DNA of 64,000 nucleotides from Nemertoderma westbladi (taxonomy: Eukaryota; Animalia; Xenacoelomorpha), in assembly GCA_032718475.1 (NCBI GenBank), contig JAUCBJ010006781.1, positions 1 through 64,000 on the forward strand, written 5' to 3'. Shown here piece by piece: positions 29,101 through 44,100 of the stretch (its first letter is position 1; the number at the start of each line of letters is the position of its first letter). Under the pieces are notes generated by a model, which made no database searches, had not been told where the DNA came from, and was given only the letters and a program-made list of their open reading frames with translations. The position numbers and the translations under genes were made by a program.

Positions 29101-32100
29101 GATTCAAAGCAACAGCAAGGTTATTTGTAAGCCATGATTCGCAACTGTAGTAAATGTTACCATTGCTGCCTCCCATACACGTTTTTTCACCATGAAAGGC
29201 ACATTTTTGTTTTTGTTTATAAAGCTATGAAATTTGTTGATTTCTGCAGATTTGAGAGCAATGTGTTCCTTTACCTGATCAACAATATTCGCATTAAATA
29301 TTGGAGTACCTAAATAAATATAGCGGTTAGAATGTCTTATTGTAACACCATTTAATCAGAAAGGTGTTGCATCGTCAGTGTTAACTGTTGGTAACAGCGA
29401 TTTATCCTCACCAAGTTTCATATTTAATTGATTAGCATGTTCCACAAAACGATGAAGTTTTGACTCCATGGCATTCCGATTTGTAGCCAACACTACCGTG
29501 TCATCCATCAGGAGAAAGATAACAAATAGCAATAACCATAAGTCTGGACCAAAATTTTTTGGTAATCTGTTGGTAAGTCGTCCACATAAAATGTAAATTG
29601 TGGACATGAGTCAGCTCCGCCTTGAGCTACCCCTACTGTGGAATCTATAACAGTTTCTCCTAGGAGCGCCCGAGTTGATCGTAGGCAATATGTTGCAGCT
29701 CGTAGAAACCGAGTTCCACATCTCTTATCCCTCAAATTCTCCAGCAATGTCTGTCTGTCTACACGATCGTAGGCTTTCACAAAGTCTATAAAGCATATAT
29801 ACAGAACATATCCCTTCGCCCGGGCTACATCGATAATCAAGCACAATGCAACCTGATGGAACTCACAACCCATAGAGGGTTATCCTGTAATGCTGTAGTC
29901 TACTTGAAAGTAATGTTCATATAGTTTTTTCAGAGCATCGAGGATTTGTATGCCTCTCTAATTGTTTGGATTTTCTCGTGGCCGCTTCTTAAAAATGGTA
30001 AATAACTTCCCAAGCATCCATGCATTAGGATAAACCATACCAAAAATTGTATTCATCAATTTAACGAGAAAATCTACCCAAATTGGGGGCAGCAACTTCA
30101 GGATTGCAGCAGAAAAACTATCTAAACCTGGCACTTTGTCCTTCAGTTTCCTCAGTGCACCTAACATTTCATTATAGGTGAAATCATCATCTAGCACAGG
30201 TACATAATATGGACATATGGAATTTGTTTCAAGTGTCAGTATGTTTAAATAGATTTTTAAAATGTATTTTGAAATCGGTTTCACTCGGTTTATTGTTTAC
30301 CTGCACATTGGATGAAGGGAATTTACCTTTCCAGTCAATCATTTTCCATCACATTAACCCATTTTCGATTTGAATCCACCCATCTGTCACTGCACTTTCT
30401 TCCCCCTTTCACCCGGGTTTTTTGACAAGTCACATAAATCCTCTCATTTACGTTTGCGTTTTCATTTTCGTTTTCCGTAATATCAATGTCAGTTTGCAAT
30501 ATTTCATTGATGTCGTATGGAGGCGGGAGGTTCTGAATGAAAGCATCCACATCAATATCGGAAGCACGAATTGGTTGTTTACAATTTGAGCGCTTGGTTT
30601 CATTATATGTGCCAAGAAGTAAGCTTCGCATTAGAATTTCTTCAATACATATTGGTTGGTTCTGACTTCATTGATAAAGTTAATATAGCATGGTCAGACC
30701 ATACTGGCAGGTCTTTTAGAATATATTGGTTCTGACTTCATTGGTAAAGTTAATATAGCATGGTCAGACCATACTGGCAGGTCTTTTAGAATATCACAGT
30801 CATGCACGTTTGCTAAACGTGAGCGAGATATAAAAACCCAATCTAATTCAGAAGTCCACATGTCCCCTTTCTGGAAGGTATTTTCACCTATAAACTGTAT
30901 CTGTGTAGGAAGTACATATAAATGGATCAATGGAATAATTCCAGACTCAGATAATAAATGTGTTAACGCTTTCCCATGGGAATTTGTGACATTATCTAGG
31001 TTATCATTGTATGAGATCCAGTCAGGGATTGTAAGGAAACGCGATACATCATGTATCCTTGCATTGAATTCATCTAACATTAACACCTTTTTTCTGCATT
31101 TTGTTTAGTAATTTCCTGTATGGTTGAAAACAATTCTGGTCTATAGAAAGGTGAGTCGCTAGGTGCAATGTAGATACCTCCAATAATCTGGCTTGCAGTT
31201 TAATTGCAACCAAATCTGGTCCTTATAATTATCAATACAGCGGACTTTGTTATAAAGCCAGTCTTTTATCCATCGCTACCCCACCACGATTTGTTCTCCT
31301 GGAATCAGTGAGCTTAAAACAACATAGAAACCTGGAAGAGAAAAATGAGTTGAGTTTTCAGCTCACTCAGTATTATTATATCAAAGTTAACTGCGAAGTT
31401 TATAAAAGGATAAGAATCCAGTTTTTAAACATTACCATTTATATTCTAATATGCAATTAATAGTTTTTCATGTTGTATCCCCTTTAACGAAAAAACTGTG
31501 GCTGAAAACGATCTACGACTGTACCTTCAACCATGTCAACTTTCTCCCATGAGTCATACAACACATTTCTTCCGGCGTTTTCCTTTTCCTTTTCTCTTTT
31601 CATCGAATATTTCAACCGCTGTAACTCCTTCCAAACTAATGGGTGCTGCTCTTTATTAATGGAAACTGATTTACTTCCATCGATCTCCTTCAGAAGTTTC
31701 GATTTCTCTAAAATTGCAAATTTATCTTTTTTCTCATCTAAACCCACCAAAATTGCCGTTTCACATCTGATTTCTGTACAGGTTGATAAATCGTTTTAAT
31801 GATCGCTGGGTCACTTTATCTTTATCTGTTGAAACTGTGTTACCATTTATTGTAAGTGTTGAACCCTCCGTAACACCCGTTAATATCAAATTGTTTTGCC
31901 TCTTTTCCACATCTATCGAGTCAAGGAAGAATTGGTGCTGTGCTACAGCATCCTTCATAAAAGCAACTTCACATTTTAGTTTATCATTTTCGTCCGTAAC
32001 CTTCAACACTCATTCCTGTAACATCACTCATTTCTCATCAATAGATTCCACACGCGACGATAACATTGTATTGCCTCTGTAAATTGTGTCATTGCATTCT

Positions 32101-35100
32101 GAAGTAATTGGTTGAACTCGTGTTTTAAGTCACCCATTGTTAATGACGTTAGTGGGACATTGTCCACTGGAGTGGGATTAGGTCTCGTATATTGATAGGG
32201 AGCAGAAGGTCCAGTGTTTGAGGAGGAGAATTGCCCCACATTTACCACCTAATTTGGGATAACCATTTGATGATTCAATACCAATGGTGTATTTGACAAT
32301 TGGCTACCACCACTGAACAACAGACTATTAATTATCCAACTGGGATCGATATATTGGAGATTGGCTTCCCGCATTAAGCAATGGAGGCTGTATAACACCT
32401 GGTGATGGCGACAACGACAGTGTTGATTCAGCGGTGGTTTACTGGTACTTGTTGCACTCCCACTACTGGTAGTGCTAGTTTTCGCTACTCCATTCATTGC
32501 TGTACCACATATCCCAAGCGAACAACTGTCACAAACTCCACCGGGTTTCAGCCATTGTTGATGTCGGTTACAAAATTTAAAGTATACATTATATTATACC
32601 GACAGTTTAGGGTATAGATTTCAGCATTTTGACATTGAGATGCTATGCCGCCAGCTTAACAAAAACATTTTGTTACCACCATGAACTCTACAATAGTCAA
32701 GCCCAATGTAGCGTGCATTAAGAAAGCTATGCTGGCTTATCAACAAAGTTGCACCACCAAAACTGAATATCCCGCATGAGTTTTGTGAGATTATCCACAT
32801 CTTCAAGGCCAGTGTTCTTTAGGAGGCGTCTCACAAAAGTCATGGGCTGTCCACCATGCTTATTTTCTCTATGGGGGTTCCAAAGCAAAAGATTGTGCAC
32901 ATGTTTGTCCTCACGGTGAAATCATTGTCCTGCAAAGTGGAGGCGGCTTTGCTCTAGTGTCAAGCTTATGGGAACCAATGAGACATATCCAATGTTATAT
33001 ATTGTCTTATTGGAGATGTGTGCATTGTACTTGACACAGTGAACCCAACATAGCCTTCTTATGAATGTGCCATCCAGAGATTTGGTGTCCTCAGCAGTTA
33101 GAGCCCAGTTATAGCAGGAGTTGAACTACCATAGAGGAGTACTGGAACAACTACTGCTGATCTAAATCTAAAAAGTGATATAACTTCCAAATCCTGTAAA
33201 GCCCATTCAAAGCTGCCTATCCCTTTCCCTTCGTATTCGCAGGTCCTCACCTGACTTCCGGATCTATGATCCCATTTAACAGAAGTCATCCATATGCTCA
33301 AGCATACCATCCTTTGAGCTTATGCTCATCTGGTCAGAGATTCACTGAGGACTTTCAATGTCAACTGTCAAAATTTTGGTCTTTTTGGAGTTAACAAAAA
33401 GACCAATACAAGAAGCAGCTTATTCTAGTGAGCTGTGAGCCCGTTGGGCTCCCTCTAGTGATTCTGAGAGTACTCAAGTAATACGTCAAGAAAGTATAGA
33501 TCAATTAGGTACACGGCAGGATTTCTGGACGTCTGGATTCGACTTCTGGAGCCAGTAGGTGGGGTGGAGTTATTATCATCCCATCATCATTATGATGATT
33601 TAAGTTCATTCATAGAATATAGTCAACCACTATTATGAATAAGAATGGAGCATGTATGTCTCCCATGGAGGTCTCCCCATAACACGAATAGTTCTTTGTC
33701 ATCATCAACAGTAGACACAAATATCGTTGAACCTATCCTGATATGATATGTTATATTGATCTGATGGCTGCAATAATTTCATTAGGCATCCCATAAAAAA
33801 GGTATACTGAACATACTTGAGCGGGAGACTGAATCAAAGGCCGTGAATATGTCAACAAAGATAACAGCCAGATGCCTGCCTTTCTTATTTGATAACTTTT
33901 AAATTATCTTTCTAAGTGCCAATATAGGTTCCATGGCCCACCTCCTTTACAGAACCCATTCTGATTTCCATGTAGCAGTCTCTCAATGGGATCCCTGATG
34001 CGATTTATTAGAATTCTATTGTATAGCTTTGCAGCATTCGAGATCAATGAGATTCCCCAAAAAGAACCATAGAGTGTTAGATTGCCCTTCTTGGGAACTG
34101 GCACTTATTTGTTTTCATTTCTTGTGGGACTCTTGTTGTTCTGTATATGTCTACTATGATGGGATAGATGAGCTCCAAATACTCTGGTATTTTAAAGACC
34201 TCAGGGGAACACCATCTACTCCACTGGCACGATTGGTCTTATTGCTCTTTGCAGCAGCCTTCACTTTAGCAAAGGAGATATTGCCAATGGAAATATCTGG
34301 GAATACATACTCAGGCACTTTTACTTCTATAAAGTTATCAGGCAATACCCTGTCGTTATTGAGGAGCTTTTCAAAGTGGATCTTCAAACCATTGAGGCGA
34401 TCAGCTAGTGATTCTGCCTTAACCTTGGTTTTGGGTTGGCTTTCCACCCAGTCAGCAATTTGATCGATTTCAATGCTTGGGATAATTGCCTGCTGTCAAC
34501 GGCATCATTGATGGCATCAACCTGTTTGTTTCCTGTAGATTAAAAACAGTGGCAATGGATGACGCGCTTAGTGATTTGGTCTATTTTTTCCAATGCTGCA
34601 TTTGAAATCCTCTACGGTAAGGGCTATCCTACGGCCTACAAATATACTAGTACGAAGCTATAGAATATCTCTAACCGTAAAGTCCAGTCGTATACCGCTT
34701 ACCAGATCCTAGTAACAATGTATCTTACCGTAAGATCTAGTAATGAAACGGGCTCGTACAGTATCTGACAACAAATCCCAGTCCAGGGTATCTAAACAAA
34801 CAGATACAATACACAAACTACTACTAGCGAGGAGCAGAGCCTAGTGTCTATTCTATGTACGTGAGCGGGTCTAATGCCTACGAACTAGACAAAAGGAAAC
34901 CTGTCCTCTAATCGGTATGGCAGATGTACAGTTACAGTAACAGACCAAACTCACGGGAAAACAATCCCCACGCAGCGAATCCTAACTATCACTGACAGTC
35001 CTAAATACCGTAACTTGCCGCGGTGTGATTTATATGGTTTATATACGAGCTAGTGGGTTAACAGACCTAGCGTAACAATACTGATCCCCTGTACAAAATC

Positions 35101-38100
35101 AGGGTCGTGCCTAATTTAACAATACCGCTGCTCAGACAAACAACAGTTTAATAACGAAATAAATACTCCTTTTTGCCGTAACTAAATATCAGATCCTAAA
35201 TTTACAAATACTAACAGTGAGTTATATATATATATTCCGCCTAAAGTAATCTAAAGTGCACTATCTAGTAGAACTCTAAGGGTAAATATGTTTTAGGGTG
35301 TGTGTGTGTGGGTGTGTTACAATAAAACAATTTTGGTGTATATCATTTTACTAGGTTTTAGTGATTTTCTGACCAAAACAATACCGTGCACTAGCTACGA
35401 AAATAAGCTAGTCGCGTTTTGTAGAACTTTATACTTACAAATGATGTCAAAGCTCTCTCCTTCCTATCCACAACTCAACCGGGCAACCACGGTGTTAGTA
35501 ACTACACCCGTGATCGGCACAAATACCAGATTCTGGTTGTAAGATTAGAAATAGGGGTTAATTGCTACCGTACGTTAGCTGATCTGGTATACAAATTTGA
35601 TTCTAGAACTTTGTTGCCGCGGTGGTTAGCAGCAATACCTATCAGTACGTGGCAAGGCGCGGTAGGATATTAATAAACCTCCCTAGGCCAAGCGGAGTGC
35701 CGGTAGCAGAAATACTCCTTGCCTGATCAAATAACTAAGTTCAGACAGGGGGGGGGGGGGGGGGGGTACTAATGTATATTCTACAAAGCGAACCGGTACC
35801 AAACGGTCAGTGGTGCGAATCACTAAATTATGGAACATATGCTGTCTGTACCTAATGTGTACTCGCGTACTGACGGACGGCAATAGTTCGCACCTGTGAG
35901 GTATACAGGTTAACCCAGGGATTTGCAGTACTGACGGGGGGGGGGGGGGGGGGGGGGGGTTGTCTGAATCTAACTATTTGATCCTAAATTTTGCGGCGTC
36001 CCAGAACGGTGTCACGCTTACCCTGATCTATAGGTCTTACGTCGGGCAAGGACGTCAAACAAAGTCTTACCTTCCTCGGAAATCAGGCGCTGCATGGCAA
36101 GGTGGAGTATTTCGAAGGGCGAAGGGGGTGCGCGGTCTAAGCTAATGTGGGCGCTAGCGTGTTGTGGACATCATTCCCTGCGTTGCTGACGGCCTAACGG
36201 TCTAGGTGGCCATCTTCCTAATGCTTGGCTGTCCCAAAGGTGGACGTTTAGAAATATACATGTTCAGAAGTTTACAGTATATTTACAGTTTAGCAACTGT
36301 GTTGTACGCACCTCATTGGTTTATCTAATTATACAAAATGAAAATAAATTGCCCAAAATGCAAATTTCCCGACTGGGATTCGAACTCGTAACCTATCTGT
36401 AATGCAACCAATGCCTTAACCATCTGACCACTACGCCATGAGATTAACTACGGGTTTTATGTGTACCAATATGAATAGGCATATTACATTACTGTAATTT
36501 AATCAAAATGCGTCGGATTTTAGAAAGTTTTTACGTTAAACTACAAATGCTATCTTATAGTGAAATAATTCATCACTGCATGTGCAGTTGGATTCATCAA
36601 AAGACCAATTCCACGTCCACCATTGCTACTATCATCTGCTGATGCGAGGGCAAGTCGCCAACCACCACCAACTCATCAGTCTCTCTAGTCTGCATTCGGT
36701 GTGCTTGAATACCTATGCTTATCTGCCAAGGCAGACAGCTCACGTTGTCGTATTGGGGACCCGAGTGTTAGGGTGTTAACTGAGGCTAGTCTAGTAACTT
36801 GCCTCAGGTTCTGTGTGTCCGGTAATTCACTGGCCTCTAGTGGCCGGACCTCCTCAGTCCTCAGTACCAATTTAAATCCATAGTGTGAGTTGGTGGTGCT
36901 TTTTTGCCGAATCAGCTCTCGGGGCAAATACCACACACTGCTTTGTCATTCCACAGGGTGGTTGTCGTAGTGGAGTCAGATATGAGGCCCCACCACCCAT
37001 ACCTACTCTGATGCACATGACCCACCATTGGCTATGCATCTCATCTGCTGGGCCATGCCAAATATATGGGCCCTTAATCCAGGACCAAGGGCGTCCTTAT
37101 CCCAGAATGAAGGGGGTCCTAGTTACAGGACCAGATTTGCCCTGAGTAAGAAGGTAAATGCAGCCACAGTTGGCACCCCCTTTATGCTGCATTGAGGTGG
37201 CAAGTTTTCTTGATCAATGACCTAAATACCTGACCTGACCTGTAGCTAGGGTCCGAAATTCTACAAAATTTCACAAATCAATAATGACATATTTAGATGA
37301 GAAATGGAGATTAACATAGATATAAAACATATACTATTTACCCATAATCTTCTAATTTTCTCAGCCACACTGAATTGTTCTTCTTCCGCCCAGGCCATCT
37401 TTGTTCCACTGAACCTCTCCTTCATCCAGCCATTCATCCTCTTAACCGTCTTCCTTCCAGGACCAGCTAATCCACGTCTTCCTAACGAATTGTATCTTAT
37501 TTCTCTTCCCTCGTTTTCTGCCATCCTTTGAGCTCCTTTGGACAGCATCCGACTCGACTTGGTGTGACGCAGATAATCCGATATGGCGGTGAGGAGGACT
37601 GTCAATAGATTGAAGAAGACGCACATCAGCACGTAGATCTGGAGTACAGACATTGCTCCAGCCGGGTGGACGCTGAACACAGTAGCTATACAGCTGATCT
37701 CTCTGTGAAATACAGAAACATCATCTAAACAATGATTTATCGGTTAGATATTGAAATTAGAAACAGCTACACACCAGATCTTCATAATATAACTTGAAAA
37801 ATAATATTTATTTTTGTGTATTAAAATTCGCCGTCCTCGTTGGCACGGACTTGGATTCGGGGATGGTGTGGGGCTGCTCGGACAAGACAGACAATACAGA
37901 CTTCTGCATCATATATGCTGCTTAATAGAGACTTTATTAAATATTAAATATCTCAATAAATAAAACTAATAATAATAATGTATAACCATTATTATTATAA
38001 TACTTATTAATAATTAATTAAAAAATATATATATATTCAACTGTAAAATTCAATTGTGTGTTGTGCTAATTATAGTATTAATAAATATTAATACTTACGT

Positions 38101-41100
38101 ATTAATAATACCTGTGATATTGGTAAATTAGACCTGCATCAGAAACAATATTGTTAAAATAACATTTGAATAGTTTTTGGAAAGTTTGGCCTGTACAATG
38201 CTACAGTATTTACCTCCACATTACAACCATTGAAGTAGTGACTCTCGCATTAATAGCTCGCCCATCCACCCAAAATGTTGACCAGCTGATACACACATGG
38301 AAGAAGCTAGGAAGAAACAACGAAACCATGGGGGCAATGGAGTCACGTGTGAAAAATAGTGTCATCTTCAGATGGAATTCCAGATCACCTGCAAAGACAT
38401 TAAATTTCATGTTGAGGCCATGCCACTCTACATGATTTGCCAATTTTTGTTTTTTTAATGTTTTTAATGCTTTCATAGTTTTCACAGGCATTTCTCCTAA
38501 TTACAGTGCCATAACCCAGACTCAATCATACATATCACCATTACTCCTTCTAACTCAGAAATCTTGTTGTAGTTGCCATTATTGGTTGTGATGAAACCAT
38601 GTTATTTTTTTTACGCCTATAAAAGTAAGTACTTTGTAGTACATCTCCTCTGACCACCAGGGGCGCCGGAAGCACGGGGGCAGCTGCCCCCCTGCCCTTA
38701 TGACAGGGGGGCAGGGGGGCAGCAATGTGCCTCTCCAGAATTAACTCACACAACGGAAATGGCCCACACTAACTGACTATTAATTAATATATGTAAAATC
38801 GTTGCAAAAATGTTGAAGTTACATTATCAGCCAGACTAGATAGGATTCACTGGTGGCCAAAGGAAGATTACCTTAGCTAAATATAAGAATATATAAGGAA
38901 TACAACACAATGACGAAATTACAAAAAAGGAAAAAACTACCCCAGGAGGCCGCATGTCTGATTTTGTAATTCATTCGAAAACTCCCATAGAGGTTACAAA
39001 TATGTGAGAGAAGAAGAGGCTCCTTGTTGAATTTTCTGAATCAATTGACTCGACATGTCAATCACTCAAGAAACGATTTGACCAAGAAGACCTCAGACAC
39101 CTGCGAAATATAGAACAGTGCTTGTTGGGTGCTGCTAACAAGGAAGGAACTCTAGATGATGTCCAAGAGAAACTCGCCCATTTCTCTAAGCTAATTAAAG
39201 TCGATATGTTGACTGAAGAGCTTCGAGAATTACCTGTCCATATCAAAATTCACCACAAAGATAACTCTATACCAATCACAAGAGTAACTAAACTTAACAC
39301 ACTATGTGAAATTCTAGCATCCAAAGAAAGTAGCAAGGAATTCATGCCAGAGTTATGTAAGTTAATTGCAGCTATACAATTCGGTGGCACTTGCATCTGC
39401 TGCAGCAGAGCGCAGTTTCAGTGCCATGCGATGCATAAAATCAAGGCTGCGATCCAAAATGTCAGCCAACAGTCTAAGCAATAGAATGTTTGCCGTACTT
39501 CAGAAGGAACGCATTGACAACATCGTTTCTGAATAAGTCGCTAGGGAATTTATTGTAAAAACTGATAGGCGGAAAAAATATTTCGGGAAATTTTAACTAA
39601 ATTATCGTGAGTCATTCAATTTTATAATTCCAATCTCATTTCAATTATATAACTGGCAAACATTCTGCTGTTTAGGCTGTAATTATTATATTAATTAGTG
39701 CAATATTTCATACAAATTTTTTTTAATGTACGTATGTGTATACAGTATATTTTGTATGTATTGACTTTTATGTTATGCAATACACTGCAAACTTGTAATT
39801 AATAAGTAAGATTATTATTTAATACTTAATCCGTTTGAATTTTTTTCACTAAATTGTAATATTATTATCTTATTATATAAAAGTTCATCTTAATTCATTC
39901 AATTTTAAATCTCCTTTTAATTATATATTTGGTAAACATTCTGGTGCTTAGGCTGTAATGATTATCCTTAATTAGTGCAATATTTAAATGTTTCCAATGC
40001 AAACTTGTTAATTAATAAGTATTATTAAATACATCCCATTTAAATTTTTTTGTAACTTTTTTTATAATATTATTATTGTATTAAAAAAGTGCCCTTTTTT
40101 AGCAGCTGTCCCCGTCGCACAAATTTGCTTCCGGCGCCCCTGCTGACCACCACCTCATGGCCCACATAAATAGGTCTACAATATATAGATTGTTTGGTGT
40201 ATGGTGGGAGAAACATGATTATGGCTTTGAAAACATTAGGAGTGTTTAGAAAGTAAAGTTATCAATGAACGTGTGAAAGACGAAATACCAGAGGCAACCC
40301 GAAGGATCTTCTCTCTTGGCTGTTACCTTTAAGGCAGCTCAACACTAACTCCCAAGGTGCAATCTCTCACTATCCATCAATTTTCTAAGGTCAAATAAAT
40401 AGTAATTAGTTAGTAATTAATTACATAGTTAAATAATTAATTAGTTAGTAATAATTTAGTAAAGTACGGGCTAGCTCATTGTGTCTGCGGGTTGGACGAT
40501 GGCCTTGGCGTGGACTCGTAATTGCAGACGATGATGGCCTCAGATACATCCTCCAAGAGCCGTACTAAACAGCCCCCCCTTCCGCTCTAATAAGCTCTTG
40601 CACAATAATTTAATGTACGTAATTATAGTCCCCCCCCCCCCCATTTTTTAATACGCTCTTAATTTTACCGAATTTTACTGATACTGTTTACCAATATATA
40701 AATAACAATAAGATGAAAAATACTTGTCTTTTTAATATTGATTTATTTTGAATTAATCGATATCGATAAGTTTTATTCATAAAGATATACATAAATTTCT
40801 GTTTTGTAATTCTGTTATGTATTTCGGATTATGTAATTCTGTTATGTAATTCTAAATATGTTTATTAACTTTAGAGGCAATTAATTATGGCTTGAGCAAA
40901 AGCTAATAAATTGGTGTATTGTATGTGCAATTTGTTTATTGTGTTTGCAAATCGTTCAAGTTAAGGGAATTCTGATAATCTGATATTCTGTATCAGCTAA
41001 ACTGTTACGGGATTTATCCCTGAAAGCACTTCTGCGCCCAAAAACCAATATGTCACTTTTATCAGCCACCAGCCAAAAACAGCAAGCAATTAACACCCCT

Positions 41101-44100
41101 GTTTGTCAGGCTGCCCCAAATGTCAAGCTGACAAACAGAATGCATTGTGGCTCGAACTAAATTAGTAGCACGTGACTGCACAATCTACCAATTTAGCACA
41201 GTAGATACATTGTATTTATTATTATTTTGTTGGAAGAGTGTACCTACAACCTACAGGGGAGCATTAAGCCACCCACCATATTGTATTGTGTGTACATACC
41301 TACATGTTCGTGGGGCCATCGCGCAGGATGAGACTCAGTTAATAGATACAGATTAAAATTGAGAAATTCTATCCTAAAATCGGTACTTAAGAAATTTAAA
41401 TAAATAATTAAGAAAATTTAACCAGTGATACCAAAAGTCGAGGTTGCCAATGACACTACGACAGACAGAGGTGGTGGCCTTGATGGCGAGTTGTTTGAGT
41501 ACTGGTACAATTCCAAAACGTTTCTGGGTATTGCAGTATTGGGCTGTTGGGGTACCTAGTGCAGTGATGGATACTGGAACATGGAATAAAGGTCAGTTGG
41601 TACAACCTGACAATATGTCAGTCAGTCTAACTAAGTCCGCATAATTTCAAAACTTCCATGGCTGCATGGTTGCCTTTGCCGTGCCGATTGGTGGGTGGCG
41701 CCAATGACCTGAAGACAGTACCAGTAACTCTGTACCAGTACCACTGTAACAGTACTGGTACCGTACTGTAAAACATGTTTAATAAGATTAAGGTACCATA
41801 CCAGTACATGATATGGCTGAATAGTCGCGAATAACTGAATACTCTGAACTCTGCAATGTGGAAATGCTGGAATGGCTGAAGAAAGTGAAATAGGCCTACC
41901 ACACTTCCCAAGCAGCCAAGGCCACATTATTGCTGCATTGTACCGGTATTGCTGAATTTCAAACCCACCTGATATATCCTGCAGTCTGCTAGCAACCAGC
42001 TGATGCCAAGCCTAATAATTTTTGGGTAAATAAATTTATTATAACTGCAAGACAGTTACACAGATGCTGTACGAAGACCCCACACAAATTCAACTTGGAA
42101 AATTTCTAAACTTTTGCCAGACTACTATATGTGCCAAGTTTGGATATATTTTATCGAGATTTGGCTGAGATATTAACGTTTAAAATTGGACACAACAGAT
42201 CAACAGTCGATCAACATCGATTGAGTTAGTGGTACCTGTATGCTAAGCTCGCTTACTCTCGTCACTCGCCCTACAGTGGTAACATACACAATATTGTGTT
42301 ACTACCATCAGGAAGGAGAGAGTCCCCTTATTATTTCAGAGCAAACAAACACATCCAATCTGCTTTCCTCTAACTAAACTTATTGCCAGCTACACTGACC
42401 AATCAGGAAAGGTCAATCTCTCTCTCCTTCTGAAAGTAGGTTCTACTTAATGTTTACCGTGAATTATAAATCAGTGTTACTAATATCTACTATTGAGGTA
42501 TTATGCCCATAGTTTTTACAGTGTAGGTTGCACCTTGGTGTAGCCGTATGATTGGTACCGATTTACGACCAGAGTTCTTTGTGCATAACATTGGGCTCAG
42601 AACTTGAGCTATTACTGATTTATTTACTGTCTGTTATCTGTGGTATATTGTTGTTAATATTATTATACATGGAAGAAAAGTCAAGAAGTTAGTTTTTCCC
42701 AAGGTCCAGGTCAGGAACCGTCATCTGTCTTCTACAGCAGTAAATACAGGCCCCCTAATCTCGGAGGCAATGTATTACACCCCCCCCCCCCCCCGCTCGG
42801 CATTCAAGCCTTAGTAACATTCCAAGACCAGCTAGATACCTTGACATAAACTATATAAAAATGGTTTCTGTAGTATTAAATTATCAAGATTGTCAAGTTG
42901 AGTAAAGAGTTGTTTAAAAAAAAGTTGTTAAAATTATTATGTTTGATGGTACAAATTTATGTTTTGTGATTTTATGTTTGCACACATGCGATATCCTTGT
43001 TAAGTATAAGTATAATTAATATTCTACATCACTCTATACACACCTTGTCCATTGGTTATATTTATTGTTGATACCAGAGCCCCATCATATGTGAAGGTTA
43101 ATGGGAGGCTAATATCTTGTTCAGCAGAAACATTGTTAAAATCCCTCCAAATAGCTCCAATTTCAACACCTTTTATAACTAAAAATACACAGATAAAACA
43201 AACCTTAATGACATCATCTTTTATTTTAGATAATCTGCTACAAATTTACACATTCCTTTTGACTCAACAGTACATATATAAGTAGATCGGTTAAACCACT
43301 TGGGTAGATTGACAGCAACATAATACCTTCACAGTTTTCGATTAGCCATGAAATTGTAAATCCCATATTAATTTGAATTATGAAGTGAAGACTCATGCTT
43401 TCAGGAATGTCAATATGACTGACCATTATTACATTGCCTGTCACCAACCGTCATACATATGCTGATCAATTCTACACTAGAAGTGGTCAGCAAGTCTCTT
43501 TTGTTGCGCCTATACAAGGTCTGTTGTTGGGTTTTGGATTAAGTCAATACTACTGAGACCTATACTGCTAGACCTACTGAGAATACTACTGAGTGAGCCG
43601 ACTATTGTATCTTGTACTATGAACTTAAATAACATCCTGGTTTATGTATCACTGTTGCTGTTGAAATTTTGCACTGTTGGTAGTTGCACAGATAAGCCAT
43701 TTCATGCAAACCCAACATAATTATGGGTAGGTATAGGTTTCTGCAGAGGGTATTAAGATATCAAGATGTATTCTTCTCGAATTTCACAAACGTTGCAAAC
43801 GTCACGATTTTCCGATTGGCCTTGCAAACATCGCAAACATCATAAATTTGTCCAATTTTTTACTTTGTAAATTATTTTTGCTTTGAAAATTATGAGGTTA
43901 TTATGAGGTAAATATGAGATTATTATGAGGTTTTTTGTTCTAGAATGGAAATTATTGTTGAATTTTATTTTACTTTAGTCGTTTAACAATTATATTATAT
44001 ATTATTATGAATTATATGCTATAATTATAATAAAACTATATAATATATACAACTAATATATAACAATACACAATTAAATATAATGTATCATAAATCCCCT

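Noticed and set aside
37261-37341. C-terminus of ORF 37261-37680 as LGIC M4
   Set aside because: A phase-0 donor at 37341 joins exon 26152-26358, which encodes a far more canonical M4.
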